From Mobula birostris (taxonomy: Eukaryota): a stretch of 64,000 nucleotides of DNA. Positions 61,903-64,000 of the stretch are shown here, one piece after another. A program made the position numbers and the translations under genes. The notes beneath the pieces are model-generated. The model made no database searches, had not been told where the DNA came from, and was given only the letters and a program-made list of their open reading frames with translations. Numbering within the stretch: position 1 is the stretch's first letter; each line of letters begins with the position of its first letter. The stretch is taken from contig NC_092379.1 of NCBI RefSeq assembly GCF_030028105.1, positions 29,133,821 through 29,197,820 of the forward strand, read 5' to 3'.

Positions 61903-62309
61903 GGTGTCTGCATTACAATCAATATAATTTATGAAATTGTGACTCGATAGAAGGCAATACCTTGACGTCAGGACCAGCAGGGACTTAATGGGAGACAGGA
62001 GGCGTGTCTCTCGCACCTCATTTGGCACTTACGCAAGATAAAGGATTATGAAACCAATCAGAACAGGCGTGTGTTAACAGACTCTCTCAGTTTCTCTCTC
62101 TTGGTCCTTCTCGCCCGTCTTCATCTTGTCGTCTGAATCCTTCGCACATCCTCTCTCCTTCCCTTCTATCTCTCCCTTAATCAATTTCTCAACTGTTTGC
62201 CGACTCTTCTCTACTTTCTCTTTTCCCCTCTCTTTTCCTTTTTCATTTGTTCGGAGCCACTTTTACCCGTTTTCCTTTGAAGTAAGTGAGCATGTTGTAT
62301 CGATCTTCA

Positions 62310-63985
62310 CTGTGGAAGACACCAGCATGTGCCAGCTGTTAAAGGGCGCAGGGAAGAGAAGCGAATGCAATTACAATTACAAAGGAAAAGCTGCTCAAAA
62401 TTCCGAAGGATCGAAAGATAATGTCATCCAGACCCGACGAACTGCACACTAGGTTTCTGTAAGAGGTAGTGGTAGAGATTGTAGAGGCATGAGTAATGAT
62501 CCTTCAAAAATCATTGGATTCTGGCATGGTGGCAGAGGACTGAATAATTGAAAATGCTCCTTTAAGGAAGGAGGAAAAGAGAAAAGAAATTATAGACCAG
62601 TTATCTTGACCTCAGTGGTTTGAGTCAATTTTTCAGGATAAGTTTATAGAGTACTTGGTGACACAGGACAAGACAGGGCAAAGTCAACATGGTTTCCTTA
62701 AGAGAAAACCTTGCCTGACGAAGCTAATGGAATTTTCTGAGGAGATTATAAGAAGGATAGATTAGAAAAAAACATGTAGTGGATGCTGTAAATTTGGATT
62801 TACAGAAGACCTTTGACATGGTGCCACACAGGAGGATGTTTACCAAGATAAATGCCCATGTTATTACTGGAATGGTTAGATCATTGCCTGATTGTTAGGA
62901 GACAGCGAGTGGGAATAAAAGATGTTTTTTTCTGATTGGCTGCCAATGACTAGTGCTGTTCCGCAGGGGTCAGTGTTCGGCTTCTTCTTTTTATGCTGAA
63001 TATCAGTGATATATAAGATGGAATAAATGGCTTTGTTGCCAAGTTTACAGATGATGCGAAGATTGGTGGAGGTGCAGGTAGTGTTAAGGAAACAGGTAGG
63101 CTGCAGAAAGAATTAGTCAGATTGGGAGAATGGAAAAGAGAGTTGCAAATGAGATACAAAGTTGGATAATGCATGGTCATCACTTTGGTAGAAGAAATAA
63201 ATGTGCAGACTATTTCCGAAACGGGGAGAAAATCCAAAACCCTGAGATGCAAAGATGCAAAGGTGCTTGGGAGTTCTTGTGCATAACTCCCAAAAGATTA
63301 GCCTGCAGGTAGAGTCGGCGGTAAGAAGGCAACTGCATTATTAGCAGTCATTTCAAGAGGTCTAGAATACAAGAGCAGGGATGTGATGCTGAGGCTTTAT
63401 AAGGTACCGATGAGGTCTCACCTTGTTTATTGTGAACAGCTTTTGGCTCCTCATCTAAGAAAAATATGCTGCCATTGAAGAGAGTTCAGAGGAGGTTCAC
63501 AAGGGTTATTCGGGGAATGCAAGGGTTATATCATACGAGGAACTTTGACAGTTCTAGGACTGCACCTAATGGAATTCGGAAGAATAAGGAGGGATCTCAT
63601 TGAAACGTTTCAAATGTTGAAGGGCCTAGACAGAGTAGATATGAAAAGGATGTTTCCCATAGTGGGTGGTCCTGGACAAGAGGGCATAGCCTCAGGATAG
63701 AGGGCCGTCAATTTAAAACAGAGATCCAGAGAGATGTATCCAGAGGGAGGTGAATTTGTGGAATCTGTTACCACCTGCAGTTGTGGCGGCCAGACCGTTA
63801 GTTGTATTTAAAGCAGGGGTTGATAGGTTCTTGTTTGGCCATGGCACCAAAGGTTACAAGCAGAAGGCCAGAGAAAGGGGCTGAGGAGGGAGGGGAATAG
63901 ATCAGTCATGACAATGGCGGAGGAGACTCGATGACCCAAATGGCCTAAATCTGCTCCTATGTCTTATGGTCTTCTGGTCTTATGC
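62310..63985 (+). mobile_element. Degenerate CR1 RT to 3' end, paralog of 31500-33370 lacking the hammerhead insert
   Basis: Colinear with 31500-33370; reads TAGAATACAAG uninterrupted at about 63362-63372. Confidence 0.85.
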
Positions 63986-64000
63986 TATCTTTCAAAATGA

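Larger units (their letters stand above)
56097..64000. repeat. Segmental duplication, second copy of 26600-33375 (CR1, Rex, family A V, family B V, CR1); extends past the window end
   Basis: Colinear high similarity throughout. The offset grows from 29497 to 30820 at the family B V, mainly through copy-specific insertions. Confidence 0.93.

Noticed and set aside
1-64000. D, J or C segments, NAR-TCR/IgH-like V segments, CRISPR arrays, prokaryotic genes
   Set aside because: No 12-RSS with FGxG, no constant-domain exon, no WVRQ/GLEW-type V, no regular repeat-spacer array; the sequence is vertebrate.

Overview
Vertebrate genomic DNA, most likely a cartilaginous fish (the repeat families suggest a ray; this is inference). 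The window is part of a T-cell receptor alpha/delta-type variable (V) segment array, with all V segments on the minus strand. Three V segments look intact, each with a 46-nt leader exon, short phase-1 intron, V exon and 23-bp-spacer RSS: 2754-3180, 30651-31082 and 61471-61902. Four are clear V pseudogenes (4471-4911, 29096-29470, 43110-43428, 59814-60146), and there are several much weaker V or leader remnants. Six of the V segments form three copies of a two-gene cassette (family A + family B), and in each copy only one member is intact. Two of these cassettes lie in a segmental duplication of at least 6.8 kb (26600-33375 vs 56097-64000). A second, older duplication carries two tRNA-Leu(TAA) genes. 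The rest is mostly retroelements: CR1 (old and young families), a near-full-length L1 nested in a CR1, Rex1/Babar, L2, Penelope-like elements with minimal hammerhead ribozymes, a Gypsy pol remnant and a BEL/Pao integrase remnant. There are also CT-rich tracts and a 157-nt assembly gap. No D, J or C segments were recognised. All alignments were done by eye, and TE boundaries are approximate unless a target-site duplication (TSD) is quoted.
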